Assembly: GCA_028688515.1 (NCBI GenBank)
Contig: JAQTXZ010000002.1
Coordinates: 25,791 to 89,790, forward strand
Source: Patescibacteria group bacterium
GTDB lineage: Bacteria; Patescibacteriota; Patescibacteriia; 2-12-FULL-60-25
DNA length: 64,000 nucleotides
Direction of reading: 5' to 3'
Below are positions 31,701 to 40,238 of the stretch, piece after piece (positions within the stretch are counted from its first letter, which is position 1; each line of letters starts with the position of its first letter). The translations under genes and the position numbers were made by a program. The notes below the pieces were generated by a model. The model worked only from the letters and a program-made list of their open reading frames with translations. It searched no databases and was not told where the DNA came from.

Positions 31701-31983
31701 ACGGGAAGTCGTAGTTTCCCGGATCGCATTGGAGCCCGTTCCCTCCGTCGGGAAAGAAGTAGTGATCTCCGCCAGGATTATAGTTCTGCGAGTTTGCAAA
31801 CCCGCCCCCTTCAACAGGGAACAGGATGCCAGGCGCCCAAACGATGTCATCCGAGACGCCCGCAGTGCCGGACAGGTTCTCGAGATCCCCTGGGTCGTGA
31901 TACTCGACTGGCGAAGCGTGCGCCGCGAGCGATGAGGCGCAAATGGAAGTCACCGTCGCGAGGAGTATGCGTGGTCGTATCAT
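28744..31983 (-). CDS. large secreted M23 metallopeptidase-domain protein with Cys-rich CxxxDDDCDGxxDE repeats
   Basis: Signal peptide MIRPRILLATVTSICASSLAAHA. M23 motifs HQGQD and RHLHFEI. More than 10 repeats of the type CNGLDDDCDGAVDE/CDGKDNDCDGQIDEG. Gly-rich linkers. Confidence 0.8.
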   Translation of the reverse strand: MIRPRILLATVTSICASSLAAHASPVEYHDPGDLENLSGTAGVSDDIVWAPGILFPVEGGGFANSQNYNPGGDHYFFPDGGNGLQCDPGNYDFPWWDNFCEPRSWKNPACPAGTGHQGQDVRPPTCRDKLHWVVAVVDGSLTTFHDGWIILRADDGSAEYHYGHVATDPALGLKLHSHIARGQRIAKVSNLDANTGEPYTTRHLHFEIRLRVDAVYQFRSPYTSLIQPFSTACDSAFDCDDSSVGRLRRSWCIGRCISDCGESDRAIRERFFATDYGKTVPPGYPFDNGGGVGVHSWHGVFLQDFAPSLHCPVDQTHTWAILANDRKAYVVKGAFWGTYKCLADSAGPRLLGPPVEDERQVNLGNSESVTRQNFLNGHMWWGKGDKCPTPSEPCVHLHLPGYIPTLNPDCHDLVVVENEPGPDACMDNCTPGHAECTSQDSRSFCGTGFGSNPCYTMSPDQLCVDDTKCVDGQCISQGMGGSGGGGGGAGGSCSDGCSPGITTCGADEGKIYLCPPTGCLSDATTLANCGSWLLCTAPNGTCNTACGDENGPCCGSNSPSACKQGLSCNGSSCQSSGSGGAGGGSGGMGGAGGSGGTACTDECSPSNTWQCNSETEEYSCTLSGYCNVKVSPHTCDPGRVCVPGTGCTYCGKNGEPCCPGSTCAAEDSTCVSNGKCGPAGPVCPDADGDGIEDAACGGTDCDDSIWGVHPGGTELCNGLDDDCDGAVDEVFNLSADWANCGACLHKCLQGQWCSGGKCCGAETCNSVDDDCDGQVDAFSQSCGFDACAGGSQLCQAGAWGPCFRGGIQLPFTGYPTTEGVAGRCGNDVDDDCDGVVDCADSECSGLDGCLLVCVPTDPEVCDGKDNDCDGQIDEGLGSTACGIGQCAVTQDDCVGGVVQPCTPKPPGQETCNGLDDDCDGNADEGDPGGGSPCTVTQQLGECAKGTSSCSIGAIVCTQLVFPASEQCDGLDNNCNGMIDDGATLTFYRDADSDGFGDPTKPYAACSAPAGYVANSADCHDGNTSVHPGAAETCDGVVDDDCDGVIRPRAQQRVAKSASEGPAHTDSTRANEPRSGQIRN

Positions 31984-32516
31984 CACGGTGCTCCTTTGCC
32001 TCCCACGAATACCGAAATCGACGCCAAGGACCGGGCATGCTGAATCGAAGCCGTACATTGTTGTGCACAACTTTCGATTATCTCGTACGCGGCACCGAAC
32101 TGCGTCCAACTGAACGTGAATCTACCATCGTCACTCTCGTACTCAGACGTTGATTCCTCGACGACAGGAGTACCTGGTACGTGGAATCCGACCTTCGTCG
32201 CGCTGATGTAAACGGAGCGGCCTTGGTAGTCCGCCGCGAAAGCGTACCCGCCCGCGTCCGAAATTAGCTTTCCGTTCCTGAGTAGCTCGACTTGTCTTGG
32301 GAGCAGTACCGGTACCGGCGACATGGCAACTGCCGCTTGACTCTCCGGAGGCAGCAGCGCGAAGGCGAGCTCATCCGGCTTGTCAGCCGGCCAAGTTATG
32401 TCAGCCTGAAATCGCTCAGGCGTCACCGGGCGTTGAAGGACGTCACTTGGTCGATTGTCGCTCCTCCCGCAGCCAGTCAAGACCAGTGCAATAAGCCCAG
32501 CTAGCACGAGCGTCAT
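31983..32516 (-). CDS. lipoprotein, unknown function (alternative start 32564)
   Basis: Lipobox LIALVLTGC. The TGA overlaps the ATG of the M23 gene by 1 nt (TGATG). Confidence 0.6.
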   Translation of the reverse strand: MTLVLAGLIALVLTGCGRSDNRPSDVLQRPVTPERFQADITWPADKPDELAFALLPPESQAAVAMSPVPVLLPRQVELLRNGKLISDAGGYAFAADYQGRSVYISATKVGFHVPGTPVVEESTSEYESDDGRFTFSWTQFGAAYEIIESCAQQCTASIQHARSLASISVFVGGKGAP

Positions 32517-32658
32517 CGGTTCGAAGGGTGCAACGCGCCTGGGGAGCGAATGGAGTGGCGGCATAGTACCCAATATGGAATACCAATCGCGACCAATAGT
32601 CAACAGGCAGGGATTGCCGGCTCGTAGGCCACGTGTTACGTCCAGACTGCAAGATCGC

Positions 32659-32845
32659 TCAGTCAGGGATAGTTGGTGCGCCGGCCTCGAGGTCAGCTTC
32701 GCGGATGCGCACCAGGCGCCCGATTGCGGAAGTGTGCCATGTCGCCTCGGGCGAGCAGGGCGTACACGCCGGAGGTCGCCATGTTGAGGCGACGGGCGAC
32801 ATCCGAGGCTGTGAGCAAGCGCGTGGATTGAATAACAGTTTGCAT
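32659..32845 (-). pseudogene. frameshifted excisionase/MerR-type HTH gene
   Basis: MQTVIQSTRLLTASDVARRLNMATSGVYALLARGDMAHFR continues in another frame as IGRLVRIREADLEAGAPTIPD. The span is 187 nt, i.e. one extra base, near 32721-32727. Confidence 0.6.
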
Positions 32846-33252
32846 ATAGTATTGTAGAGATAGGAATCAGGCCCCTCCTTCCTCCTCGCCACGCGCGGGT
32901 GGCGCACGACAGCGGGTGGCGCACGACTTGACGGCGATCGCCGCGTGCGGTGAAATATCGGCATCGGATGCATAATGCCGCGTACATTAACACCAATTGC
33001 GCCCCTGAAAAGGGACGCTGGCGGTCGCCAATATTTCAAGATGCCGCCCTCGCGAGGGGGTGCTCTCATCTCGAAACCATGGTGACCGCTTTGGTGACAG
33101 GAATGTCGCGCACGAGACGTTTTGTAAACCGACTGGCCAGACGGTGACCCTGGCTGAAAGCCGCTCTGCTGCGTGCAATCAGTGCGTCTCCGTCGTGCTC
33201 GATCGGGCACGACGACGCGCTTCGGCAAGTTCAATTCCCGCTACCCGCTCCA

Positions 33253-33286
33253 CGTAAAAACAGCTCCACAAGAGCTGTTTTTACGT
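33253..33286 (+). terminator. intrinsic terminator, probably the original tRNA-Gly terminator
   Basis: CGTAAAAACAGCTC-cacaa-GAGCTGTTTTTACG immediately after attR. Confidence 0.6.
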
Positions 33287-33440
33287 GTCCCGTGGCGCAT
33301 AGTATAAATTAGTTCTGCGCTTTACGGGACTAAATATTTCGCTGTTCACGTGGCGCCGCCAAAAAACTCCCACCGGGGAGTTTTTTGAATTTTCAATAAT
33401 CAACATTCAATATTCAATAGCCGATCAATCTCGTTAGCTA

Positions 33441-33469
33441 TTGCCCACTGCAAATCATCGCGCTACAAT
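33441..33469 (+). promoter_or_regulatory. sigma70-type promoter (TTGCCC-17-TACAAT)
   Basis: Direct reading, about 35 nt upstream of the 33503 ATG. Confidence 0.45.
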
Positions 33470-33502
33470 CCGTTCGTCCATAATTATTAATTATTAATTG
33501 TT

Positions 33503-33925
33503 ATGTCCCACACATGTTCCTCTCTCTTGATGCACTGCATGGATTTTCGCTTTGGATCAAAGATGAAAGAGTTTATGGCTGAAAAAGGTTTGATGAATGA
33601 CGCCGATATGGTGGCTTTTGCCGGGTCGGCCAAGAATCTTGTCAATCCGGAGACCCAGGCTTTTGCCTTGCGCCAGATTGAAATCTCAAAAACCCTGCAC
33701 GAGATGAAAGTCGTCCACCTCATGAACCACACGGATTGCGGCGGTTACGGCGGTAAAGCAGCTTTTGCGGACGAAGCGGCGGAGTACGACGAGTTGACGG
33801 GCGACCTTAAGGAGGCTAAAAACGTTGTTTTGGCAAAATGGCCCGATTTGGAGGTAAAACTTTGGCTGGCGCACATCAAAGAAGATGGTCATGAGGCCGA
33901 AATCAGTTTCGAAGAGATAGCCTAG
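33503..33925 (+). CDS. beta-carbonic-anhydrase-like small protein
   Basis: HCMDFR (CxDxR) and HTDCGG (HxxC) Zn-ligand-like motifs. Short (140 aa), so the family call is tentative. Confidence 0.4.
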   Translation: MSHTCSSLLMHCMDFRFGSKMKEFMAEKGLMNDADMVAFAGSAKNLVNPETQAFALRQIEISKTLHEMKVVHLMNHTDCGGYGGKAAFADEAAEYDELTGDLKEAKNVVLAKWPDLEVKLWLAHIKEDGHEAEISFEEIA

Positions 33926-33977
33926 CAGGGCTTGTTTGAGGCAAAATAATTAAATTCCCGGCAACACGTCCGGGAAT

Positions 33978-34006
33978 TTGACTTTTTGCCTTATTTCTGC
34001 TATATT
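33978..34006 (+). promoter_or_regulatory. sigma70-type promoter (TTGACT-17-TATATT)
   Basis: Direct reading. Leaves a ~115-nt 5' leader before the RRM gene. Confidence 0.5.
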
Positions 34007-34129
34007 ATTAGAGGATAGTTTAAGCGAATGCCGCCTGTTACCCGAAGTTTTAACGTAGGGTGATCGCAAAAAGTCGAAGGGAAAGGTCATGCGCAGCAAC
34101 ATCCGTGTTAATTCTTTAGTGTCAAACGC

Positions 34130-34399
34130 ATGCCTACGAAGTTGTTTGTTGGTGGCATTCCTTACCGCGCTACGGAAGACGAGCTTTCACAGCTTTTCTC
34201 CCAGTTCGGCGAAGTCGTTTCCGTGTTCATTCCGATGGACCGCGAAACTCATCGCCCTCGCGGTTTCGCGTTCGTCGAAATGGCTGATGATGCCGCTGCA
34301 GAAGAGGCCATCTCCAAACTCGACGGATCCGACATGGGTGGCCGCCGCATCGCGGTCAACAAAGCCCGTGCCATGGAAGAGCGCGGTCCTCGCCGCTAA
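34130..34399 (+). CDS. RRM-type RNA-binding protein
   Basis: RNP-2 LFVGGI and RNP-1 RGFAFVEM motifs. Confidence 0.9.
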   Translation: MPTKLFVGGIPYRATEDELSQLFSQFGEVVSVFIPMDRETHRPRGFAFVEMADDAAAEEAISKLDGSDMGGRRIAVNKARAMEERGPRR

Positions 34400-34484
34400 G
34401 TAACCTTGGTTACAAAAAATCCCCGCATTTTGCGGGGATTTTGATTTTACAATCGACTTGCCACGTGGTAATTTGTTGTTCTAT

Positions 34485-37280
34485 ATGTCATATCCGTATA
34501 AAGACTTTGAATCAAAATGGCAGGCTTGGTGGGAGGAACAGGGCGTTTACCATGCCAAAGAGGCGATCGATGCGGAAGGTGAAAAATTTTACGGCCTTAT
34601 TGAATTTCCATATCCATCGGGCGAAGGTTTGCATGTCGGGCATCCGCGTTCGTATACGGCGATAGACATTATGATGCGCAAAAAGCGCATGGAAGGAAAA
34701 AATGTTTTGTATCCGATAGGCTGGGATGCATTTGGTTTGCCCACGGAGAACTTCGCCATCAAAACAAAACAGCCGCCGGCACAAGTTACTGCTAAAAACA
34801 TCGCGAATTTTACGCATCAGATAAAAATCCTCGGCGTTGGTTTTGATTGGTCGCGCGAGATAAACACGACGGATCCCAAGTATTATCATTGGACACAATG
34901 GATGTTCATCAAGTTTTTTGATTCGTGGTTTGATGAAAAGTCGAACAAAGCACGTCCCATAAATGAGCTTATAATTCCAAAAGAAGTTGAAGAACAAGGT
35001 ATTGATGCAATGCGAAAATACCGCGACGATCGTCGCATGGCGTTTAAGCAGAAGACGGAAATCAATTGGTGTCCCAAAGATAAAATAGGACTTGCCAACG
35101 AAGAGGCTGCCGGCGGAGTTTGCGATCGCTGCGGCGGTCCTGTTGAAAAGCGCGAAAAAGAACAATGGATGTTGCGCATCACAGATTACTCGCAACGGCT
35201 CATCGACGAACTCGGGCAGGTCGACTATTTGGATAAGATAAAAACCTCGCAAGTAAATTGGATTGGGAGAAGCGAAGGCGCATCCATTCGGTTTGTCATT
35301 TCGGTTTCTTCTGTCATTTCGACCGAAGCGGAGAAATCTCAGAACTTAAAACAGTATACCAGCAAAGAGATCTCTCGACTGCGTAGGACTTCGCTCGAGA
35401 TGACAAAAGAGGATGACAATGCGGTCGAAGTTTTCACCACGCGCCCCGACACAATCTTTGGCGCAACCTATCTCGTTCTCTCACCCGATCATCGACTCAT
35501 CGCGCAATGGTTGGAAGACGGGACGATTGAGAATGCGAAGGATGTCAAAGCCTATCAAACTAAGACGAAAAAGAAATCTGATCTTGAACGTCAGGAGAAT
35601 AAGGAAAAAACAGGTGTTGAGCTCAAGGGCGTGACAGCCATCAACCCCGCGACAAAAAAAGAAATTCCAATCTGGATTGCAGATTACGTTCTCTCGGGCT
35701 ACGGCACCGGCGCCATCATGGCTGTGCCTGCGCATGACGAGAGAGATTTTGAGTTTGCCAAGAAGTTTAAGTTGCCTGTAATTAAAGTTGTTGAACCGCC
35801 GATTTTGGATACGATGTTCAGTCAAGACGTCGCAGTGTCCAAAGGATTGCAGGGAAACGTCAAAGTCAAAGCAGAATGTTGGATAGGAGACGGTGTCGCG
35901 GTTAACTCCGACTTCCTCGACGGACACGATACGTCCAAAGCCACGGAAAAAATTATAAGTTGGCTTGAGAAGAATAAAGTCGGGGAAAAGAAAGTCACGT
36001 ATAAACTTCGCGATTGGGTTTTTTCTCGTCAGCGTTACTGGGGCGAGCCGATTCCGATGGTCAACTGCGATCATTGCGGTTGGGTGCCGCTAGATGAATT
36101 CGAATTGCCGTTATTGCTTCCGGAAGTCAAGAATTATGAACCGACTGACACGGGCGAATCGCCGCTGGCGACAATGACGGATTGGTTAAAGGTCAAATGT
36201 CCGATTTGCGGAGCGAAAGCCAGACGAGAGACTGATACCATGCCTAACTGGGCTGGTTCATCTTGGTACTTCTTGCGTTACTGCGACCCGCACAATGAAC
36301 AAGAGTTTGCATCAAAGCATGCGCTTAAATATTGGATGCCAGTCGACCTCTACAACGGCGGCATGGAGCACACGACTTTGCATCTTTTGTATTCGCGATT
36401 TTGGTACAAAGTGCTTTTTGATCTTGGTTACATTCCGTCATCTTGCGGCAACGAGCCTTATTCGATGCGTAGGTCTCACGCCATGATTTTGGGCGAAGGT
36501 GGAATCAAAATGTCCAAGTCAAAGGGCAATGTGGTCAATCCGGATACAATGGTAGAGCAATATGGCGCCGATGTTTTTCGCACTTACGAAATGTTCATCG
36601 GTCCGTACGAAATGGATGCGCCGTGGAGCACAAAAGACATCCTCGGCGTCCGTCGCTTTTTGGATAAAGCATGGAATTTATCGCTAACTCAAATTAAGAA
36701 TTATGAATTAAGAATTAAGAATGACGGCGAGTACGCGTTGAGGGCGCCAAAGGACGTTGCAGGACGCGTTGAGGACGTTGTTAAGACGTTGAGCCTTCCC
36801 GGTATCGACTCGGAAGACGTTCAGCCGTACGATTATATTTTGAATTACTCGATCAAAAAAGTCGGTGAAGACATCGACAACATGCGATTTAATACCGCTG
36901 TCTCGCAGTTGATGATTTTGACCAATGAGCTGCAAGGTAAGCCGATGCGCTCGCGCGATGTCCGATCTTATTTGAAGCTCATCGCGCCTTTTGCGCCGCA
37001 TATGGCGGAAGAACTTTGGCATCAACTCGGCAACGACTCGTCGATTCATCTGGAAGCTTGGCCGCAGTTTGATGCGACAAAGATTGTTGAGACGGAAGTT
37101 ACGATTGCGGTGCAAGTCAATGGCAAGTTGCGCGGCAGCATCAAAGCCCCATCCGGCGCGGACGAGACGGTTGTGCGCAAGACGGCCGAATCAGAACCAA
37201 ACGTCCAAAAACATTTGGAAGGCAAAACAATCAAAAAAGTCATTTACGTCAAAAATAAAATTTTGAATTTTATAGTTTAA
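34485..37280 (+). CDS. leuS: leucine--tRNA ligase
   Basis: PYPSGEGLHVGH (HIGH) and KMSKSKGN (KMSKS) motifs with a CP1 editing region. Carries two in-frame repeat-derived inserts. Confidence 0.97.
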   Translation: MSYPYKDFESKWQAWWEEQGVYHAKEAIDAEGEKFYGLIEFPYPSGEGLHVGHPRSYTAIDIMMRKKRMEGKNVLYPIGWDAFGLPTENFAIKTKQPPAQVTAKNIANFTHQIKILGVGFDWSREINTTDPKYYHWTQWMFIKFFDSWFDEKSNKARPINELIIPKEVEEQGIDAMRKYRDDRRMAFKQKTEINWCPKDKIGLANEEAAGGVCDRCGGPVEKREKEQWMLRITDYSQRLIDELGQVDYLDKIKTSQVNWIGRSEGASIRFVISVSSVISTEAEKSQNLKQYTSKEISRLRRTSLEMTKEDDNAVEVFTTRPDTIFGATYLVLSPDHRLIAQWLEDGTIENAKDVKAYQTKTKKKSDLERQENKEKTGVELKGVTAINPATKKEIPIWIADYVLSGYGTGAIMAVPAHDERDFEFAKKFKLPVIKVVEPPILDTMFSQDVAVSKGLQGNVKVKAECWIGDGVAVNSDFLDGHDTSKATEKIISWLEKNKVGEKKVTYKLRDWVFSRQRYWGEPIPMVNCDHCGWVPLDEFELPLLLPEVKNYEPTDTGESPLATMTDWLKVKCPICGAKARRETDTMPNWAGSSWYFLRYCDPHNEQEFASKHALKYWMPVDLYNGGMEHTTLHLLYSRFWYKVLFDLGYIPSSCGNEPYSMRRSHAMILGEGGIKMSKSKGNVVNPDTMVEQYGADVFRTYEMFIGPYEMDAPWSTKDILGVRRFLDKAWNLSLTQIKNYELRIKNDGEYALRAPKDVAGRVEDVVKTLSLPGIDSEDVQPYDYILNYSIKKVGEDIDNMRFNTAVSQLMILTNELQGKPMRSRDVRSYLKLIAPFAPHMAEELWHQLGNDSSIHLEAWPQFDATKIVETEVTIAVQVNGKLRGSIKAPSGADETVVRKTAESEPNVQKHLEGKTIKKVIYVKNKILNFIV

Positions 37281-37286
37281 TGTTTT

Positions 37287-37403
37287 CTGTAGAGACGCAA
37301 AATCTTGCGTCTAACCTAAAACATTAAAACGGTTTGTACGCATGATTGTTATGCGGTGGTTTGTTTGCATGCGAGTTAGACGCAAGATTTTGCGTCTCTA
37401 CAG
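37287..37403. repeat. inverted pair of the 26-nt hairpin repeat CTGTAGAGACGCAAAATCTTGCGTCT
   Basis: Copies at 37287-37312 and 37378-37403 (reverse complement). Further copies at 13647-13672 and 24549-24573. Confidence 0.85.
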
Positions 37404-37489
37404 CGGGTTTGTAAAAAACGAGTGTCGTTGACGCCCGTTTTTGTTTATGGCAACATGGCTCTCGTCTTTGAAACACCTGGGAGGTGAAC

Positions 37490-37948
37490 ATGACGAACGC
37501 AGTGGTAATCGATGACACGAAACAGGAAATTGCCCAGACCGGAACCGACAGTGTCAACGCGGTGTGTCTGCACTGCCGCGGCGAACTGACCGAACTGCAA
37601 CCCGAGGACAGGTTGGTGTGGGACTCCAAGCACAATACTGTGGAACTCACTCGCCGCAACGGCGAACCGATCGTCCTCGTGCTTTCGCCGAAAGTGAAAC
37701 TGACGCAATGGCCTGCCGATCAGACCAACGACATCTTCGGGCTTGGCGCCTGTGGCACCTTGCAGGCGTTCGAGAGGCTCGCCACAAAGGCAGGGTTCAG
37801 ACTGCGCAAGCTCACAAGTCCCGCGCCGGTAAAGCCGAAGAGGTGGAAGACCAAGGAGGAAGAAGAGGCGGAGAAGAACGCTCCCGTCTACGTCTGTTTC
37901 ATGTTCCAGAACATGGGGTCTTCGCCCGCCATCTCATCCCGTCGCTGA
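37490..37948 (+). CDS. hypothetical protein (GC-rich)
   Basis: ATG is 5 nt after GGGAGG. No motif recognised. Confidence 0.55.
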   Translation: MTNAVVIDDTKQEIAQTGTDSVNAVCLHCRGELTELQPEDRLVWDSKHNTVELTRRNGEPIVLVLSPKVKLTQWPADQTNDIFGLGACGTLQAFERLATKAGFRLRKLTSPAPVKPKRWKTKEEEEAEKNAPVYVCFMFQNMGSSPAISSRR

Positions 37949-38000
37949 AAACTCCAGCTGACGGGTCTTTTTTTACCGCTTGTGATACTTTATTTACCGT

Positions 38001-39287
38001 ATGAAAATTACTATCATTGGCACAGGCTACGTCGGATTGGTCTCCGGCGCATGTCTTGCAGAACTTGGGCATCAAGTCATTTGCCTGGATGTTCAAGTCG
38101 AAAAGATTGAGATGTTGAACCAAGGTAAGATGCCGATTTACGAGCAGGGCTTGGACGAGCTTGTCCATCGTAACGTAAAAGCCGGGCGTTTGAGCTTTAC
38201 GTCATCTTACGAGCAGGCGATTCCAGGCATGGAATTGATTTCCATGGCCGTCGGTACGCCTTCGGCGGATGATGGGTCTGTTGATATGCAATACGTCTGG
38301 TCTGCGGCGCGTGAAATCTCCAAGCACTTGACCGATTATGTCGTGATTGCGGACAAAAGCACTGTGCCTGTCGGTACTGCGGAAGAAGTAGAAGAGATTG
38401 TTCGAGAGGGGTCGGGGATTCTGTGCGATGTTGTTTCCAATCCGGAATTTTTGCGCGAGGGACACGCCGTGTTTGATTTTTTGCAGCCGCCGCGGATAGT
38501 TATCGGCTCAAATTCAAAACGCGCCACGGAAACAATGCTGCATGCATACGAGCATGTCGATTGCCCCAAGTTTGTCATGGACAGGCGCAGCGCAGAACTG
38601 ACAAAATATGCGGCCAATGCTTTTTTGGCGACCAAAATCAGTTTTATAAACGAGATGGCCATGCTGGCGGAAGAATTGGGAGCTGATGTCACTCAAATCG
38701 CGGCAGGCATCGGTTCTGACCCGCGCATCGGCAAAGATTTTTTGCGCGCCGGGCTTGGCTGGGGAGGCAGTTGTTTTCCAAAAGACGTGCGCGCCATCCG
38801 CAAGATGGGGGAGAGCCTCGGCGTGCCGCTGCCTATAGTTAATGCAGCTTTTGAGACAAATGCGGGGATACGCAAAAGAGTCATTGATAGGCTGGAAAAA
38901 GCTCTCGGCAGTCTTAATGACAAAAAAGTTGCGGTTCTCGGCCTTGCGTTTAAAGACAATACGGACGACACGCGCGAGTCCGCGGCGATTGATTTGATTC
39001 GCCACCTAAAATCACGCGGTGCAGATGTGCGAGTCCACGATCCTGTTGCAAAAGTTTGTTCTCGCGAGACAGACGGCCACGAGCTTGAACATATCGCCTG
39101 CCCTTACGAAACTTGCCGCGATGCGCACGCCGTCATCATTGCAACGGAATGGGAACAATTCAGGACTTTGGATTTGGCGCGGCTCAAAGAAATCGCCGAG
39201 GGCAACATCTTGGTTGACGCCAGAAATCTTTTTGATCCCGCTCGCGCGCTGGAATGCGGCTGGCGTCACATCTCGGTGGGGAGATGA
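38001..39287 (+). CDS. ugd: UDP-glucose 6-dehydrogenase family protein
   Basis: N-terminal MKITIIGTGYVGLVSGACLA Rossmann motif. GWGGSCFPKD catalytic Cys region. Confidence 0.9.
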   Translation: MKITIIGTGYVGLVSGACLAELGHQVICLDVQVEKIEMLNQGKMPIYEQGLDELVHRNVKAGRLSFTSSYEQAIPGMELISMAVGTPSADDGSVDMQYVWSAAREISKHLTDYVVIADKSTVPVGTAEEVEEIVREGSGILCDVVSNPEFLREGHAVFDFLQPPRIVIGSNSKRATETMLHAYEHVDCPKFVMDRRSAELTKYAANAFLATKISFINEMAMLAEELGADVTQIAAGIGSDPRIGKDFLRAGLGWGGSCFPKDVRAIRKMGESLGVPLPIVNAAFETNAGIRKRVIDRLEKALGSLNDKKVAVLGLAFKDNTDDTRESAAIDLIRHLKSRGADVRVHDPVAKVCSRETDGHELEHIACPYETCRDAHAVIIATEWEQFRTLDLARLKEIAEGNILVDARNLFDPARALECGWRHISVGR

Positions 39288-39292
39288 CACGC

Positions 39293-40057
39293 TTAGCTTG
39301 TCAGTTTCCACATTTCCGCAAAAACGGTTCTTAAGTTTTGTGCCAAGGCGGGATCGCGCATTTCTATCAGATAGTGCGGGGACTGACGCACGTTGACGGT
39401 GATAACGTATTCGCCGACAATCCAAAGACTGCCCGTGAAAACATGTTCGCCTTTCCAGAATCTGATTTCGCGTCTTTCGGGCATGCGATTTTTTAATTCG
39501 TGTTCAATTTTTTCGTCATTGCTGAAAAGTTTTAACAGAATTTCTTTTGGCGCCAGTTCCCAATACCAGCTCAACCACTCGGTCGAATATTGTTTGATGA
39601 AATCGATGTCATTGTAACCCCACCAGGTTTTATCGGTCGCCATCAAGCTCGCATTCCAAACGTCGTTACGTTGTTTAAAATACTGTTGGATTCTTTGCTG
39701 CGGAATATAAGTAATGGCAGGCGCAACATAACCCGCGGCCGAAGGAGCGGAACGGATTTCTTCGATGGCTTCATTGACCAATTGCTTTTTCTTTTCCAAA
39801 CGAGTTTCTTCCTCCGTGGCCATAGCAGCCAAGGCTTCCGGGGGAGCGGCTACCAGGGCTTTGACCGGAGACGAGAAATCTTCCTGCAACATGCCGTTTG
39901 AGAGCAGCTCTTGTGCCACGCTATAAGTAGTGGTTCTGTTTAAACCGGTTTTTTTGGAAAGATCGGTGTAACTCAATCGTCCGTGTTCAAGTACTGACGT
40001 ATAGACGGTTATTTCTTTTTCCGACAGCCCGATTTTGGCAAGTATGTCTTTAAGCAT
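39293..40057 (-). CDS. TrmB-family transcriptional regulator
   Basis: N-terminal wHTH LGLSEKEITVYTSVLEHGRLSYTDLSKKTGLNRTTTYSVAQEL. Confidence 0.7.
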   Translation of the reverse strand: MLKDILAKIGLSEKEITVYTSVLEHGRLSYTDLSKKTGLNRTTTYSVAQELLSNGMLQEDFSSPVKALVAAPPEALAAMATEEETRLEKKKQLVNEAIEEIRSAPSAAGYVAPAITYIPQQRIQQYFKQRNDVWNASLMATDKTWWGYNDIDFIKQYSTEWLSWYWELAPKEILLKLFSNDEKIEHELKNRMPERREIRFWKGEHVFTGSLWIVGEYVITVNVRQSPHYLIEMRDPALAQNLRTVFAEMWKLTS

Positions 40058-40141
40058 GGGCTAATTATAGTAGTTTGTTGGAATTTCGTCAACAATATTA
40101 TAAATTTTGCTAATTTTAGATAAAATAATGACGTTTTTGTA

Positions 40142-40170
40142 TTGACAAATTTGCCATTTCGTGTTATTAT
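40142..40170 (+). promoter_or_regulatory. sigma70-type promoter (TTGACA-17-TATTAT)
   Basis: TTGACA at 40142-40147, spacer ending TTTCGTGT, TATTAT at 40165-40170. Confidence 0.55.
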
Positions 40171-40238
40171 TTGATATTGCACAAATGCAATCAGATCGAC
40201 TCAAGTCGATTTGTCACTTTGGACAAAAGGAGAGGGCC

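Larger units (their letters stand above)
28606..33252. mobile_element. integrated GC-rich genomic island in the tRNA-Gly 3' end (attL/attR = 24-bp direct repeat); no integrase present
   Basis: GTTCAATTCCCGCTACCCGCTCCA occurs at 28606-28629 (inside the tRNA) and again at 33229-33252. Composition switches sharply at both ends. Confidence 0.8.
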
